Position numbers and translations under genes: made by a program | From: Malacoraja senta | Taxonomy: Eukaryota | Length of the DNA: 60,000 nt | Direction of reading: 5' to 3' | Assembly: GCA_038087875.1 (NCBI GenBank) | Contig: CM075988.1 | Coordinates: forward strand, 20,152,001 to 20,212,000 | Shown here: in pieces, positions 37,516 through 50,946 of the stretch | Layout of the letters: the number at the start of each line of letters is the position of its first letter | How positions within the stretch are numbered: the stretch's first letter is position 1 | Notes under the pieces: model-generated | What the model saw: the letters and a program-made list of their open reading frames with translations, nothing else | What the model was told of the DNA's origin: nothing | Databases searched by the model: none

Positions 37516-39397
37516 GTTAGTGGGTTGTTGCTCATAATTGGTTCGTGCACATACAATAGTTATTTATGACCACAGAAATGTGCATTATTATCAGGTTTAC
37601 TTTGTGATTTATATTGCACCTACATCAGAGATTACACACCAAAACATGATGACCTGACATTAATCAAGGATATTGGCCCATAGCTCACAGGTAAGATGCT
37701 TTCATCCATCCACCCCAAAATACTTGTGATTAAATATATTAAAGCAAACATTGAATTTTGAAAAGAAATCTAGAGCTGAAATGATAGTGAATGCAAAATA
37801 GAGGGGTGACAATATAAATCTCAGGTAATTCCCTCGTACCCGGGTGTTCTCTCAATGTACTACCAGCGAGTATAAGTGTATTGAATTTGAAAATTAGGTA
37901 TTTTGCTGAAGATAATTTCAAAAATTATTTTGTAATTAGCTCATAAATTATTTCATAAATTGTATTTATGATAAATACAACTTCTACGAAGTTTGAAGGA
38001 ATTGATATTTGGTCCAAGCAAATCGTGCCATAATTATTCAAAACTCCAATAAAAATTGAGGGAAAAATGAGGTTATATGATATTTTCAATTGTATTCTAA
38101 ATAAGATACAGATTTAATTAACAAGTGGAGAGAAAAGAGATTGAGGCAGAGGTGAGTATACTTTCCTCCAAGAATGAAGCTAAAATGCGGTCGTTAGCAG
38201 AAACAATGCTTGTTTTAAAAATGTGTGCGTTTATTGTCGAAACCTGTTCCAAATCACATTTTAACAGACTTTTTCTGGTTTTAATTCAATAACGGACCAA
38301 AAAAAATCTTTAAAGGCTAACCAGAGTGTCTTTTAACAAACTAATTTGGTCTTTAGAAATTGTAGATAAATAAAGTGCTTCATTTATAACAAGTACACCA
38401 CAAATATTCATGTTCATTGTAAAAAACCTTTGTCATGTATTGCGTACACATACTATAACTGAATGTAAGAATTTGTGGGCCTCAGTTACACGTGGTTTAT
38501 GAGGTATGGAGAGTATTTGAGAACATTCACTGAAGTAATGCAGAGAATGTTTTCTTAGTTTCATGTACCTATACATTCCGGTCCTTCTGGATGGACCTAC
38601 ATGCTAAATAAATGTTATAGTGCCTCATCCCTCCACAAAGCCCTCTGTGAAAGTGTAAGCACTGTGCAAGGTTGGTTGATCAGTGTGAAATTGGACAAAA
38701 AAAGTATAGAAAATGTTTGTATGCCCTGACACTACATGAAGGACAGTGTCTGGGGACGCTGGCTTATTGTGTGGGTGAAACCTGCAGCCACGGATGGAGT
38801 ATGGATCCAGCATTTGTATTCCACATTGTGGTGCAGAAATGTTAAAAGCAAATATTAACTGAAGATTATTACATTGACATGCAAAATAATTTTCTTAATA
38901 TTGGTTCCATATATATAATAAATGCTTTGAGGGAAGAGCCATTTTCAACCTGCTATAAGTCCATTTAATTTAATAAAAGCTTTAATAAGCTCTAGATTCT
39001 ATACTTGAACCTTGGGATTTAGTTTCCATGTTAAAAAAAAATTCTCTTGTGACAGATTGTTTACAGTTAGGAAATTGTTGATTGGAAATTCAATAGTATA
39101 ATGCCTTATTTCTTATTCAACTGAAACTGATCTCTTTTTTCTCAAAGTAAAATGTAACAAAGAACATTTCTGAATCATTTTGTACCACATTGGAAATTTG
39201 ACAGGTGCTTCCTGGTGTCAGTCACCCTCCCACCCCAAGCACTGTTTCCACATTCGGGCCACAACACTTCTTATGTAACATTACTGAAAAACTTGGACCA
39301 CATTCTGTTGGGAAGCCAGTCTTTGAGCAATCTTGCAGAAACTCTCCAGTGCTGCACTGGATTATGGTTGTTTTCTGGGTCATAACCACACCACTAA

Positions 39398-39959
39398 TGC
39401 CCCTGTCCCACTTAGGCGATTTTTTAGGCGACTTCAGGCGACTAGGCTATCGCCACATGGTCGCCGGGGTGTCGCCTGTATGGTCCCTTCAGTTGCCCAA
39501 AGAGTCGTACCTTTTTTCTGGTCGCCGCTGGATTTTGAAATGTTCAAATCTTTTTGGCGACAGTCGGTGCCTGTGGGCTTGATGCCAACGATCGTAGCCT
39601 GACGTAGGTGCTGTTGCCAGGATGATGTAGGTTGTCGCCAGGATGACGTAGGTTGTTGCCGGTGCTGACCGGTGAATTCCATTGGCAATTACCTACGTCA
39701 ACCGGCGACAGGTACCAGTGACTGAATTGTCTTACCTTGTTGTAGCTTGCCGCGGGTGGACGTAGGTTGTCTTAGGTGTGGTCGTAGGTGGACGTCCTAA
39801 TGGGTTGCCGGTTGTCGGTAGCTTGACGTCAACTAGGAGGTAGGAGGTAGGTTGTTGTCGACATTGTCGCGCGGGGTAGGGTGGGTCCAATTGCCGGTTT
39901 TCTGCACCAGCTACGACTATGACAGTTGCTGAAAAAATCAGCTAAATGGGACAGGCCCA
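39398..39959. mobile_element. PIF/Harbinger-type MITE
   Basis: TAA TSD on both sides; TIRs tgcccctgtcccacttag / ctaaatgggacaggccca. Confidence 0.75.
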
Positions 39960-40224
39960 TAACACTCCTTGATACAGTTGGAAAAAATAATTTGTGGGGT
40001 CCACAACCCCACCATTCCCCCCCCGTTAAGAATATTAAATACAGATTTACATTTGCTCTAACCGCCTGCTTGAGCAATCAGATCTGTGGCCACCAAACTT
40101 GCCAGCCTAGCCTTGAAAATAAATTTTCAGTGATGCCAGAGGTTGTGGGCCTTATGAATTGGTGGGGTTTTCAGTGGAGGCCTTGTGACCAAAGTAGTAA
40201 TTGGTGTCCTGCTACAGTATACAG

Positions 40225-42190
40225 GTAGAAATTTACGAGTCGTCCTTAAATACAGGAGAGATGCCGGAAGACTGGAGGGTGGCAAATGTTGTACCTCTTC
40301 CCAAGAAGAGCTGCAGGAAAACTGGGAACTGTCGGCTGGTGAACTTAACATCTGTAGTTGGTAAGTTACTGGAGAGTATTCTGAGGGATAGGAATACAGG
40401 CATTTGGATGGGCAACATCTGATTAGGGATAGTCAGCATGGTTTTGTACGTGACCAAAAAGGTTGATGAAGGCAGAGCTGTAGATGTTGTGTAAATGGAC
40501 TTCAGTAAGGTGTTCGACAAGGTTCCGCTGCTCTGGAAAGTTAGATCGCATGGGATCCAAGGAGAGATAGCTGAATGGATAGCAAATTGGCTCCATGGAA
40601 GGAAGCTGAGGGTAATGGTGGAAGGTTGCTTCTCAGACTGCATGCCTATGACTAGTGGTGTGCCTCAGGGTTCGGTGCTGGGCCCGTTACTGTTTGTCAT
40701 CTACATCAATGATTTGGATGAGAACATAAAGGGCAAGATTAGCAAGTTTGCTGATGATACAAAAGTTAGTGGTTTTTGCAGATAGTGAAGATGGTTGTGA
40801 ACGATTGTAGCAGGATGTGTATCGATTGGCCAGGTGGGCGGAGGAATGGTTGATGGAATTTAATACAGAGAAGTGTGAGGTGTTGCATTTTGGGAATCGA
40901 ACAAGGGCAGGACCTACACAGTGAATGTAGGCCTCTGGGTAGTGTTGTAGAGCAGAGGGATCTAGAGGTACAGGCGCATGGTTCCTTGAAGGTCAAGTCG
41001 CAGGTAGATAAGGTGGTCAAAAAAGCTTTTGGCACTTTGGCCTTCATCAGTCAGAGTATTGAGCATAGAAGTTGGGAGGTCATTTTGCAGTTGTATAAGA
41101 CGTTGGTGAGACCTCATTTAGAATATTGTATCTAGACAAAAATGCTGGAGAAACTCAGCGGGTGAGGCAGCATCTATGGAGCGAAGGAAATAGGCGACGT
41201 TTTGGGTCGAGACCCTTCTTCAGACTGATGTGAGGGTGGGGGGCGGGAAGAAGAAAGGAAGAGGCAGAGACAGTGGGCTGAGGGACAGCTGGGAAGGGGA
41301 GGAGAAAGCAGGGACTATCTGAAATTGGAGAAGTCAATGTTCATACCGCTGGGGTGTAAACTGTCCAAGCGAAATATGAGGTGCTGCTCCTCCACTTTAC
41401 GGTGGGCCTCACTCTGGCCATGGAGGAGGCCCAGGACAGAAAGATCGGATTCAGAATGGGAGGGGGAGTTGAAGTGCTGAGCCACCGTGAGATCAGGTTG
41501 GTCATTGCGAACCGAGCGGAGGTGTTGGGCGAAGCGATCGCCAAGCCTACGCTTGGTCTCACCGATGTAGAGCAGCTGACACCTAGAGCAGCGGATGCAA
41601 TAGATGAGGTTGGAGGAGGTGCAGGTGAACCTCTGCCGCACCTGGAAAGACTGCCTGGGTCCTTGAATGGAGTCAAGGTGGGAGGTAAAGCGACACAAGG
41701 GTTCAGACAAAAATTACGAGGATGTTGCCAGGACGAGAGGGTGTGAGCGATAGGGAGAGGTTTAGGCTGGGTCTCTATTCCATGGAGCGCAGGAGGATAA
41801 GGGGTGATCCTATGGAGGTGTATAAGATCATGGGAGGAATAGATCGGGTAGATGCACAGAGTCTTTTGCCCAGAGCAGGGGAATTGAGAACCAGAGGACA
41901 TAAGTTCAACGTGACAGGAAAAAGATTTAATAGGAATCCGAGGGGTAACGTTTTTACACAAAGGGTGGTGGGTGTATGGAACAAGCTGCTAGAGGAGGTA
42001 GTTGAGGCTGGGACTATCACATTGTTTAAGAAACTGTTAAACAGGTACATACGTAGATAGGACAGGTTTGGAGGGATATGGACCAAGCGTAGACAAGTGG
42101 GACTAGTGCAGCTTGGACATTGTTGGCTAGTGTGGGCGAGTTGGGCCGAAGGGCCTGTTTCCACACTGTATCACTATGAATCTATGACTC
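40225..42190 (+). mobile_element. Degenerate CR1 LINE (RT region and 3' UTR) interrupted by a Penelope-like element
   Basis: DFSKVFDKVP, SGVPQGSVLGPLLF, KFADDTK, LVRPHLEYC; stops and frameshifts. Confidence 0.92.
41131..41695 (-). mobile_element. Penelope-like element 3' end with open GIY-YIG endonuclease domain
   Basis: ORF 41315-41710: NLIYCIRCSRCQLLYIGETKRRLGDRFAQH...HFN...GMN; followed by the terminal repeat. Confidence 0.92.
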
Positions 42191-43149
42191 CTATTGGGAT
42201 GCAGAGGTACTTCTACTTCAGACTCTTTAAACTTTAAAGGTCCTTCCATCAATTGACATATCAATATGTTAAACATAACATTTACAGCAGCTGCTTTTTT
42301 GTGAAGTCTTTAAATAATTAGCAGTGGGGAAGAAGCTGATCTTAAATCTGGATGTTCGGGCTTTCAAGCTCCTGTATTTTCTCCATGAAGATAGAAGAGA
42401 AGGTATGCAAGGGTTCCAGACATTCTTGAAGATTCTTTCAGCCTCCTAGGTGCAATGCACCATGAAAAAGGACTGGATGGACTGGGTTGTGTTCACCACT
42501 CTTTGCATGTCTGGGGGTCAAGAATAGACAGTTGTATACCAGGCTGAATTTCATCCTATCAGAATACTTTTCGTAGCGCATTAATGGGCAAGGTAGCCGG
42601 AAGGCTGGAGACAGTGGGCCACATAGCTGACCCCTGCTTTTACCCCGCCCACCAGAGAACCGGTGAGGAGGACGGAGGAAGCCGGTGGAAGCAAGCGAAA
42701 AGGCTGGTAAGGGAATGAACCATGGTCTTATCCTCCGCACCCTCAAAGTCGGCGGTGGGAGGTGTCCCCATGGTACAAAGGCTGAAGATGGCCAGGCAAG
42801 GAGTGGGACGATGGTTCAGTGGACTATCTGGATAAAGTCAACGACTGGAGGCCCTGCAGCATTAGGGGCTTTCCTGTATCAGCCGCTGCTCCTGAAGACA
42901 ATGTGCGGACCTGACTGGACTTTAAAAATGGCGCTAAAACCTGGTGGCTCTTGCAGGCAATCTCAGTGGTCTATTTCTATGCTCTTTGTACTATAATTCA
43001 TCCAGTGCCACCTTGGCTTGGGGTGGTATGAATTGAAAACACTTACTCATTGACAGTTTCCTGAAAAATTTCTGGGAGGTCTTATTACCCTCATATGGTG
43101 AGTCTGTTGGCATTTTAAGGGGCAAAAAGTGAATTTGATCATTTTTGAC

Positions 43150-43672
43150 ATTACTTTTGGACTACACTTGGAGTACGTTGTGGTTCTGGTTGCCCAGCTA
43201 CAGGAAGAATGTAGTTAACTTGGAAAGGATGCAGAAGAGATTCACCAGGATGTTATCTGGGCTTAATGGCTTAATTCACAGGGAGAGATTGGATAGGCTG
43301 GGAATTTCTTTCTTTGAAGCATAGGAGGCTGAAGGGTGATCTTATTGAGATGTACGAGATCATGAGGGACACGGGTAAAATGAACGTCCACAATCTTTGT
43401 CCTAGGGTGGAAAATTCTAGACATACGATTAAGGTGAATGGAGAGATTTTAGACATTTTCTCTCAGAGGGTAATCCGTATCTGGACTGATCTGGCAAAGG
43501 AAGCTATAGAAGGTGATACAAGTGCGTACTTTAAAAGACATTGGACAGATACATAGATTGGAAGGATTTAGAGGGATGTTGGCCAAATGCAGGCAAATGG
43601 GACTAGCTGGGTATGCCAACTTGGTCAGCATGGGCAAGGTGGGCTGAAGGGCTTGTTTCTGTGCTGCACCTT
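43150..43672 (+). mobile_element. Old CR1 3' fragment
   Basis: HLEY.., RRLKGDLIEMY, FSQRV motifs and CR1 tail. Confidence 0.8.
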
Positions 43673-44554
43673 CTCTATTTGATGGTGCTTGGTTTTGGAA
43701 ATTGTCTATTTCAATTATGTGACTATATTTCAAAAGCATTTTACTGTCATTACAGCACAGAAAAAAAGATCAGTTAACTAATAAAGTCTGTGCCAGCTCT
43801 TCGTCGAACAATGCAGTAAATCCCATGGACACATTGCTCAAATTAATGGATTCGGAATCCACAAGTCTGGCCCTCAAAAATCCAGAACCCCAAATTCAAA
43901 TCCTGCTACGGCCGTTGTGTACCTTAAATTCAGCTAATAGTTTGAAATTTGGAAAAAGAATAACAACTAGTCACTAATAATGACCACCAAAATAACTATT
44001 AGTTTGACACAACATCTGGTTCACCGCTGCCCTTCAGGGGGGATAATCTACACCATCTGACCTGTACATACTTCAGACACACTCCATGTGTTGGACTTTA
44101 AATACCATCTGCCAGTTAGTGATAGTTTTCCATTGCCTCCCTTAGGTAATAAATGCTGGCTGTGCCAATGATGCCGAAATCTCAAACAATTAATAAGTTA
44201 TTCTCCTGCTCTTTCTCTGTTGCCTTGTAATTTGTTGCAGTGCACTTTTAGGGTGTTTTGAGACCATGGAAGTTATTATTAAAGCACAAGCCTACAGTTG
44301 CTGTGGTTCACATGGTGATGGAGAAACTGTGTGTTATGGGGATTCTTTTTTTCTGTGCTGTAATGACAGTAAAATGCTTTTGAAATATTTAGCTGTATAT
44401 GCTCAATATAAAGAAGCTGTAGATTGCATATTTATGTTATGCCTCATCATTTGGCATGTGGAATTATAGTTAATTGATCCATATCAAAATTTTGGTTACA
44501 GTTCTTTGTAATTAAAATGTTGTATTGGATGGATTACAAGAACACAAAAACACA

Positions 44555-45010
44555 ATGAAATAAGAGCAGAAGTGGGCAACTGGCCCATCAAGACTGTTCC
44601 ACCATTCAGTATGATCATAGCTGACCTCTGGCCTCAACTCAATTTTTGTGCCAGTTCCCCATATCCCTTAATTTCTTGATCTTTCTAATATTTATTTATC
44701 TCCACCTTAAATATTTCTAATGATCCAGCCTCCATCACCCCATGCGACAGAGAATTCCAGAGATTCCCTCCCCTCTGGGAGAAAGAGTCTCTATATACCT
44801 CAGTTTAAAAGAGTGGTCTTGTATTTTATTCTCTTGTTCGTGACTCTCCCACCAGTGGAAACATCTTAACATCTACCTGTCAAGCCCGCTTAGGATCTTA
44901 TATGGTTGAATAAGGTCACCCATCATCCTTATAAACTCCGAGGAATACTAACCCAAGTTGTATATAAACTCCGAAGAATACTAACCCTCTCATCGCAGGA
45001 ATAAGCCTGG
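44555..45010 (-). mobile_element. Old CR1 3' fragment
   Basis: Similar to the 57820-58250 CR1 tail. Confidence 0.7.
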
Positions 45011-45899
45011 TGATTAGTCAGATACCAAGGAGAAAAATGTCTAAAACCTGGTGCATGCTGTTCTCACTTGAACATTAAACCAGTGCCATGGTATACAAAA
45101 TGCCTATTGTGCCCTGGTTTCATCTTTCTGCAGAAGAGACTACTTCTGATGAGAATCATTGGAAAACTGGAGTTCCATGATTGTGGTTGAGCAGTTTTAT
45201 GGTTTTACATGGATAATCAGTTTTTCGATTAATGTTGCTGGCTCAGTAGTTTTGGCAATATTTGCAGACGTTGGTGTGTAACTCTTTCTCAAGTTCAGTA
45301 AGAATTTATAATACACCAGACAGTTCCACTTTGTGTATGTGAAACCCTGGAAGTATTAGTATTTTGTTTACTATTCAAATTGAAAACTTTATTTAATTAG
45401 AACCAAACTTTTTTATATTTTAATTTTTTGATACAAACTTTACCTTAGATAAAATGTACAGTACTTCTTTAGAAAATCCAGATGTTTTTAAGTATCCCCT
45501 GCCCATTAAATCTGGTTAGAGGTGTTAATTTATCCATACATGTTCCTAGACAAGTTGGCTTGCCAGCTCACAAGTCTCTTCCCAAGACAATTCCAATTTA
45601 AAGTGCTCCACTGGTTCAATGTGATATAAACAGGGTTCACATTGGTCTAAATAGGACCAAAAGCATTAATCAATACTTTTTCACCAACTAATGCTTGATA
45701 GAATTGATTGGCTTCACTAAGACCTGAGCCTTATTCTACCCCAGAACGAGGAATTAAAAAGATCAAATGTGTCATGATTTCAGTAAATGGATTTCCAGAC
45801 ACAATATAACAAACAAAGGAGGTTTGCACTTATACACTTCCAACAAAGCCTAATGTAAGTTCAAGGAACAGTAGCCAATTCGAATTAAACCTTTTAATT

Positions 45900-46140
45900 C
45901 GCAGATGATACCACCATTGTTGAACGAAAAACAGGTCAGGGTACAGGAGGGAGATTCATAATCTCATTGAATGGTGTCAGAACAAAAACTTAACTCTCAA
46001 TCTTAACAAGGAGCTTATTGTTGATTTTGAGGTGGGGGGTTAAACTGGGGATCCATGAGCCTGTCTTCATCTACGGGACGGCGTTGGAGAGAGTCAATAG
46101 CTTCAAGGTCCTCATTGTGCATATCTCTGAAGATCTGTCC
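45900..46140 (+). mobile_element. Rex1/Babar RT fragment
   Basis: ADDTTIV, then WCQ..N..LNL.K motifs, degenerate. Confidence 0.6.
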
Positions 46141-46859
46141 TGGGTTCACCACTATTAGTTTGGTGAAAATGTTAACGAGGAGAGCTTTTGAACTTGCTCC
46201 ATCATCCTTCGTGTGTTGCACACAAGCTGGAACCTGGCTCCATTGCAACTGGAAGCCCAGATGTAAAGGAAGAAAAAGCTTGACTTTCTGTACATGTACT
46301 TGGGACTTCCTAAAACACTTCATAGCCGGTGTCTGACTTCAAGAGTCTAGACACTGTTATTTACCAAGTGAAAAAAATGACCAAACACAACATCAACATG
46401 AAATAAGAAATGGCCAGTTAATCTCTTTTGGAAGTGTTATTTGAGCAATAGCTGTTGGCCCAATACAGAGAACTCACTCTTCCAAGTCCCCAGCAAGAGC
46501 GATTTGAAGGAAGAAAATATCAACAAAGATATTATTGATATACATTTACAGGTCGATTTAATCACCCTCTTATGTAGCTTGGTATAAGAGTTTCATAATC
46601 CAAAGGATCATGTGCAGTTGAAAAGTTTAATGACCTAAATAAACTCACCAGTGACAAATATGCTGTAAAATGAAGACACAAGATTCTGCAAATGTTTGAA
46701 TCTGGAGCAAAAAATAAATTGCTGGACTAACTCAACAGGTCAATCAGCACCATGGAAGCAAAGGGGAGCAGTGGAGTGGGGGATGTTGAGAACAGTTGTG
46801 CAAGTATGGGCTCTGGTGAGCACATCAAAGGGGAAGTTATGTTTCCTCAAGAACATGCC

Positions 46860-47630
46860 AACAACATCTCGTTTGATTCCTCTCTCTTCCTACATCCTCT
46901 GCCCAGGTGGAACAGAGATCGAGTTCCCTTGGTCCACATGTTTTACCCTACTCCACATCCAATGTATCATCCTTCGTCACTTCGACCAGTTCCAACAGGA
47001 TTCCACCACCAGCCACATTGTCCCTTTTCTCTCCACCGCCCTGCTTTCCATAGGGATCACTCTCTCCGTGACTTCCCAGTCCACTCACCCTTCCAACCCA
47101 TCCCTCCTCGCTACCTGGCACTTTTCCCCGCGACGGTAGGAGGTGGAACATTTATCCCTATATCTCCTTCCTTGCCACCAACCAGGGACCTAAACAGCCC
47201 CTGCAGCTGAGATGGAGATTTACCTGCACCTCCTCCAACTTAGTCTGTTGCACTTGGTGCTGATGTTGTGGCCTTAGATCATAGCATAGTACAGTACAGG
47301 AATGGGCCCTTTGGTCCACCATGTTTGTGTCGAACATGATGCATTGTTAAACTGATCTCATCTGCCTGTATATGATCAATTTTTCCTCTATTATCTGCAC
47401 TTCAATGTGCCTTCTATACATTGGTGAGAACAAATATAGACTAGGCAAACACTTTGTAGAGCACCTGTGCTTTGTCTGCTATGGCCAAATAGAGCTTCTT
47501 GTTGCATGTCATTTGAATTCCCCGTACTATTCCCACACTGCTTACTCTGTCTTGATGAGGCCAAAGACAAACTCAGAAGAGCAATACTGCTTGGAATAAT
47601 GTGAATGTAGAATTTTCCATTTTCAGGTAA
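46860..47630 (+). mobile_element. Old Penelope-like fragment
   Basis: AFHRDHSLRD, LLYIGENKYRLGKHFVEHL (GIY-YIG remnant). Confidence 0.75.
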
Positions 47631-49174
47631 CTCACTCCCCCTGTGCTCCTTTCCCACTCCCACCAGTCCATCAGGGTTTCTCCCCTTTGTACTCTTCCCT
47701 CCCTCATTACCTAAATTCATGACCACCCGCACCTGGTTCTCTCTGCCATATCATCCATATACCTATCTACTTAGGCTTCCTTTTCTTTCGATCACCTTTT
47801 TTATCTCCTTCCCCACCAGCTTCCATCTGCACATCTTCCTTCCCTTTTCTGGTTCTACCTATCACCTACCAGCCTCTGTCTCAAAATTCCCCTCCTGCCC
47901 TCCTCCACAAGCTAAGAGTACTCCATCACATTCCTGGCCTGCTTGTAGATGATAGCGAGGCTTTGGGGTGTCAGGAGATGAGTCACTCACCTCAGGATAT
48001 GCAGCCTCTGACATCTCTTGCAGCCAGTCTTTATGTGCCTGCTGTGGTTGAGTTTCTGGTCAATGGTGATTTCCAAGATGTTGATAATGGAAGTCTTTCT
48101 CCTGGTAATGCTATTGAATGTCACTCTCCCTTGTTGGAGATGATCTCTGCCCGACACTTTGATGGCACTTTAATGTGTCACTTATCCCACATGTTTAATC
48201 ATTGGTCTGCATGAGTTTTCTGCATGGAGGCACGGTCTTTCAATTTTTGAGAAGTTGTAAGTGGAACTGAATTGGTGAATTCATCAATGAACATCTCCAC
48301 TTCCCATCTTTTGTTGAAATGAAGATCATCACACAAGAAACCACAGATGTTGGAATCCTGAGCAAAACACAAAGTACTGGAGGAACCCAGTGGGTCAGGC
48401 AGCATCAGTGGAGAGAATGGACAGATGCCGTTTCGGGTCAGAACCTTTTTTTGATCCGTTGAAGGGTCCTGACTTGAAATATCTGCTCATTTCCTCCCAG
48501 AGGGTCAGATTCTGCCTGATCCTTTGAGTTCCTCCAGCACTTTGCTCATGCTTACCAATAAATGTCATTGAACTCCTGCAGTGATGAGGATGAATAACTT
48601 TCACCAACCACTGCCATTTTCCTTTCTGTGAGGTAACAACTTTAGAGTGTGTTTACTGCCATGCCAATTTTACCAGGGTTCCTTAGCTATGGTTGATCAA
48701 ATGTTGCCTTATTGTTAAAGACATTTACTCTCATTTCACTTCTAGAATTCAACTCTTTGGTCCATATTAGTATAAAAACTGATTAGATCCGAGCCATGAG
48801 CTGGGTCTTTAGCAAAATCTTCCCGATAGGATTTATCCTGAACTTCCATATAGTTAAAGGTAATACTGTGTAAAACCAAGGAACATTCTGAGAATCTTTG
48901 TAATCTTTAAATAATATATGGTCACTCTTTTATGCATGTTTTTTAATGAGGAAATGTTGTGAGTAGAAGGTAAATGTCTAAACACTTCCTGTCATTATGT
49001 TAAGATGGGAAGAGTATGTTCCATTGAGCTTGGATTTGGGTATCGTGCTGTTTAATGCACAGCAATTTAAATATTTGGAACTACAATTTGCCTACAGGTT
49101 TTAAGAAGCTGATTAGTTCAGAATTTAGCTAGATTTGTTTACTATGTTAAAATAATGAACCCCAGAAATTGATT

Positions 49175-49465
49175 TCAAGAGTCAAAAGAGTTAATTGTCA
49201 TCTGTACCGAAACGGAACAATGAAATTCTTACTTATAGCATTCAATAGCCTGATGGTTGTTGGGAGGAAACTGTTTCTGAACCTGGAGGGCAGTTTTCAG
49301 ACTCCTATACCTTCTCCCAAGTGGCAAGAGAGCGTGGCCGGGATGGTGTGGGTCCCTGATGATGCTGGCTGCCTTTTTGAGGCAGTGCCTCCTATAGATC
49401 CCTTCGATAATGGGGGGTTCAGTAACCGTGATGGACTGTAGTGTCCACTATTTTATGTAACCTTG
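49175..49465 (-). mobile_element. Rex1/Babar 3' fragment
   Basis: Homologous to 13770-14000. Confidence 0.75.
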
Positions 49466-50274
49466 CACTTGAATTTAGATGTGTACTGCTGTTAGAGTAT
49501 CAGATACGAAATAGGAGTAAGTAGTCCTTCTCACAACATGGTTCTGTGAAGCCAGTAATACAACTCAGCTTATGTTAAGTCTGGAAAGAATGTTTGAAAT
49601 CACCTCTGGTCTTGATCTGTGGCTCAGAGTTATCAATTTGACCACAGCATTTGTTAATTATTGCTTGTTATATTTAGCCGCATGAGGTTACATGTGGTGT
49701 TGATTAATGCAAGTGTTACAGGCAATGTTTTCCAGTATTATAACTTGCTGTATAATTCTTGGAATTGCCTGGTCCATTTAAACTCAAATTTAAAGGGAAT
49801 GTGGGGAGCAAAAGTTTGAATGTATTGTCAATCATAACAGAACAAATACTTTCTGCAAAAAAGTTGCATATTACATAAAAATATAAATATTGTCATTAAT
49901 AATGCAAGATAAATGGGATTTGTGTAGATAGGTATCATGGTCAGGATGGATGGGTTGCGCCAGAGGGCAAGGTTGTGTACTGTTTACAGCTCTTGTAACC
50001 ATTACTGATTCATTGACTGCACATTTCATTTTACACCGAAGCTTCATGATCCAGCTTCTTGAACCATTTTCTCACACACCCACAAGTAAACTAATGAAAA
50101 CATTTAGGAGAGATTTTCTTCTGTTCAGTCAATTCTTATACTGCAGTAACCGTTTTATTCGTGGGACTTTTCTCTCCTGTGCGATTGGTTTATCATTTCA
50201 GCTCCCTCATTGTTCACAAACCGGTCATGCCATGGATGGAATTGCCATGTATATTTTTAAATACATTGTCATTT

Positions 50275-50900
50275 TGTTAAGGAAGGAACTGCAGATGCTG
50301 GTTTACCACGATGATAGATACAAAATGCTGGAGTAACTCAGTGGGTCAGGCAGCATCTCTGGAGAAAAGGAATAGGTGACGTTTTGGGTCGAAATTCTTC
50401 TTCAGACTGAAAGACGGGAGAGGGAAACTAGAGGTATGAAAGGTACCGAACAAATCAGACACGGCACCAATGACTAAGGAAAGGTGGACCCCACAATGGT
50501 CCATAGTTGGCTGTGGAAGAAGTGATAACTAAGGGATACAAATAGTGAAAGTAGCAGTACGTCTAGGGTGGGGGAGGGACGGTGAGAGAGGGAATGCAAT
50601 AATTATGTGAATTTGGAGAAATCAATATTCATACCGCTGGGATGTAAGCTACCCTAGTGAAATATGAGGTGCTGTTCCTCCGATTTGTGTGTGGCCTCAC
50701 TCTGAGAGTGGAGGAGCCCCAGGACAGAAAGATCAGTATGGGAATGGGAAGGGGAGTTAAAATGTTTGGCAACCGGGAGATCGCATACGCCAAGGCAGAC
50801 TGAGCATAGGTGTTCAGTGAAACGATTGCCCAGTCTGCGCTAAGTCTCTCCAATATATGGGAGTCCACACCGAAAACAACGGATACAGTAGATGAGGTTG
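50275..50900 (-). mobile_element. Penelope-like element 3' end
   Basis: Homologous to 41131-41620; terminal repeat with degenerate core at about 50378-50405. Confidence 0.85.
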
Positions 50901-50946
50901 ATCTCCACTTATTGAGATCTTTGTTGGAATTGATTTTACTTCCTCT

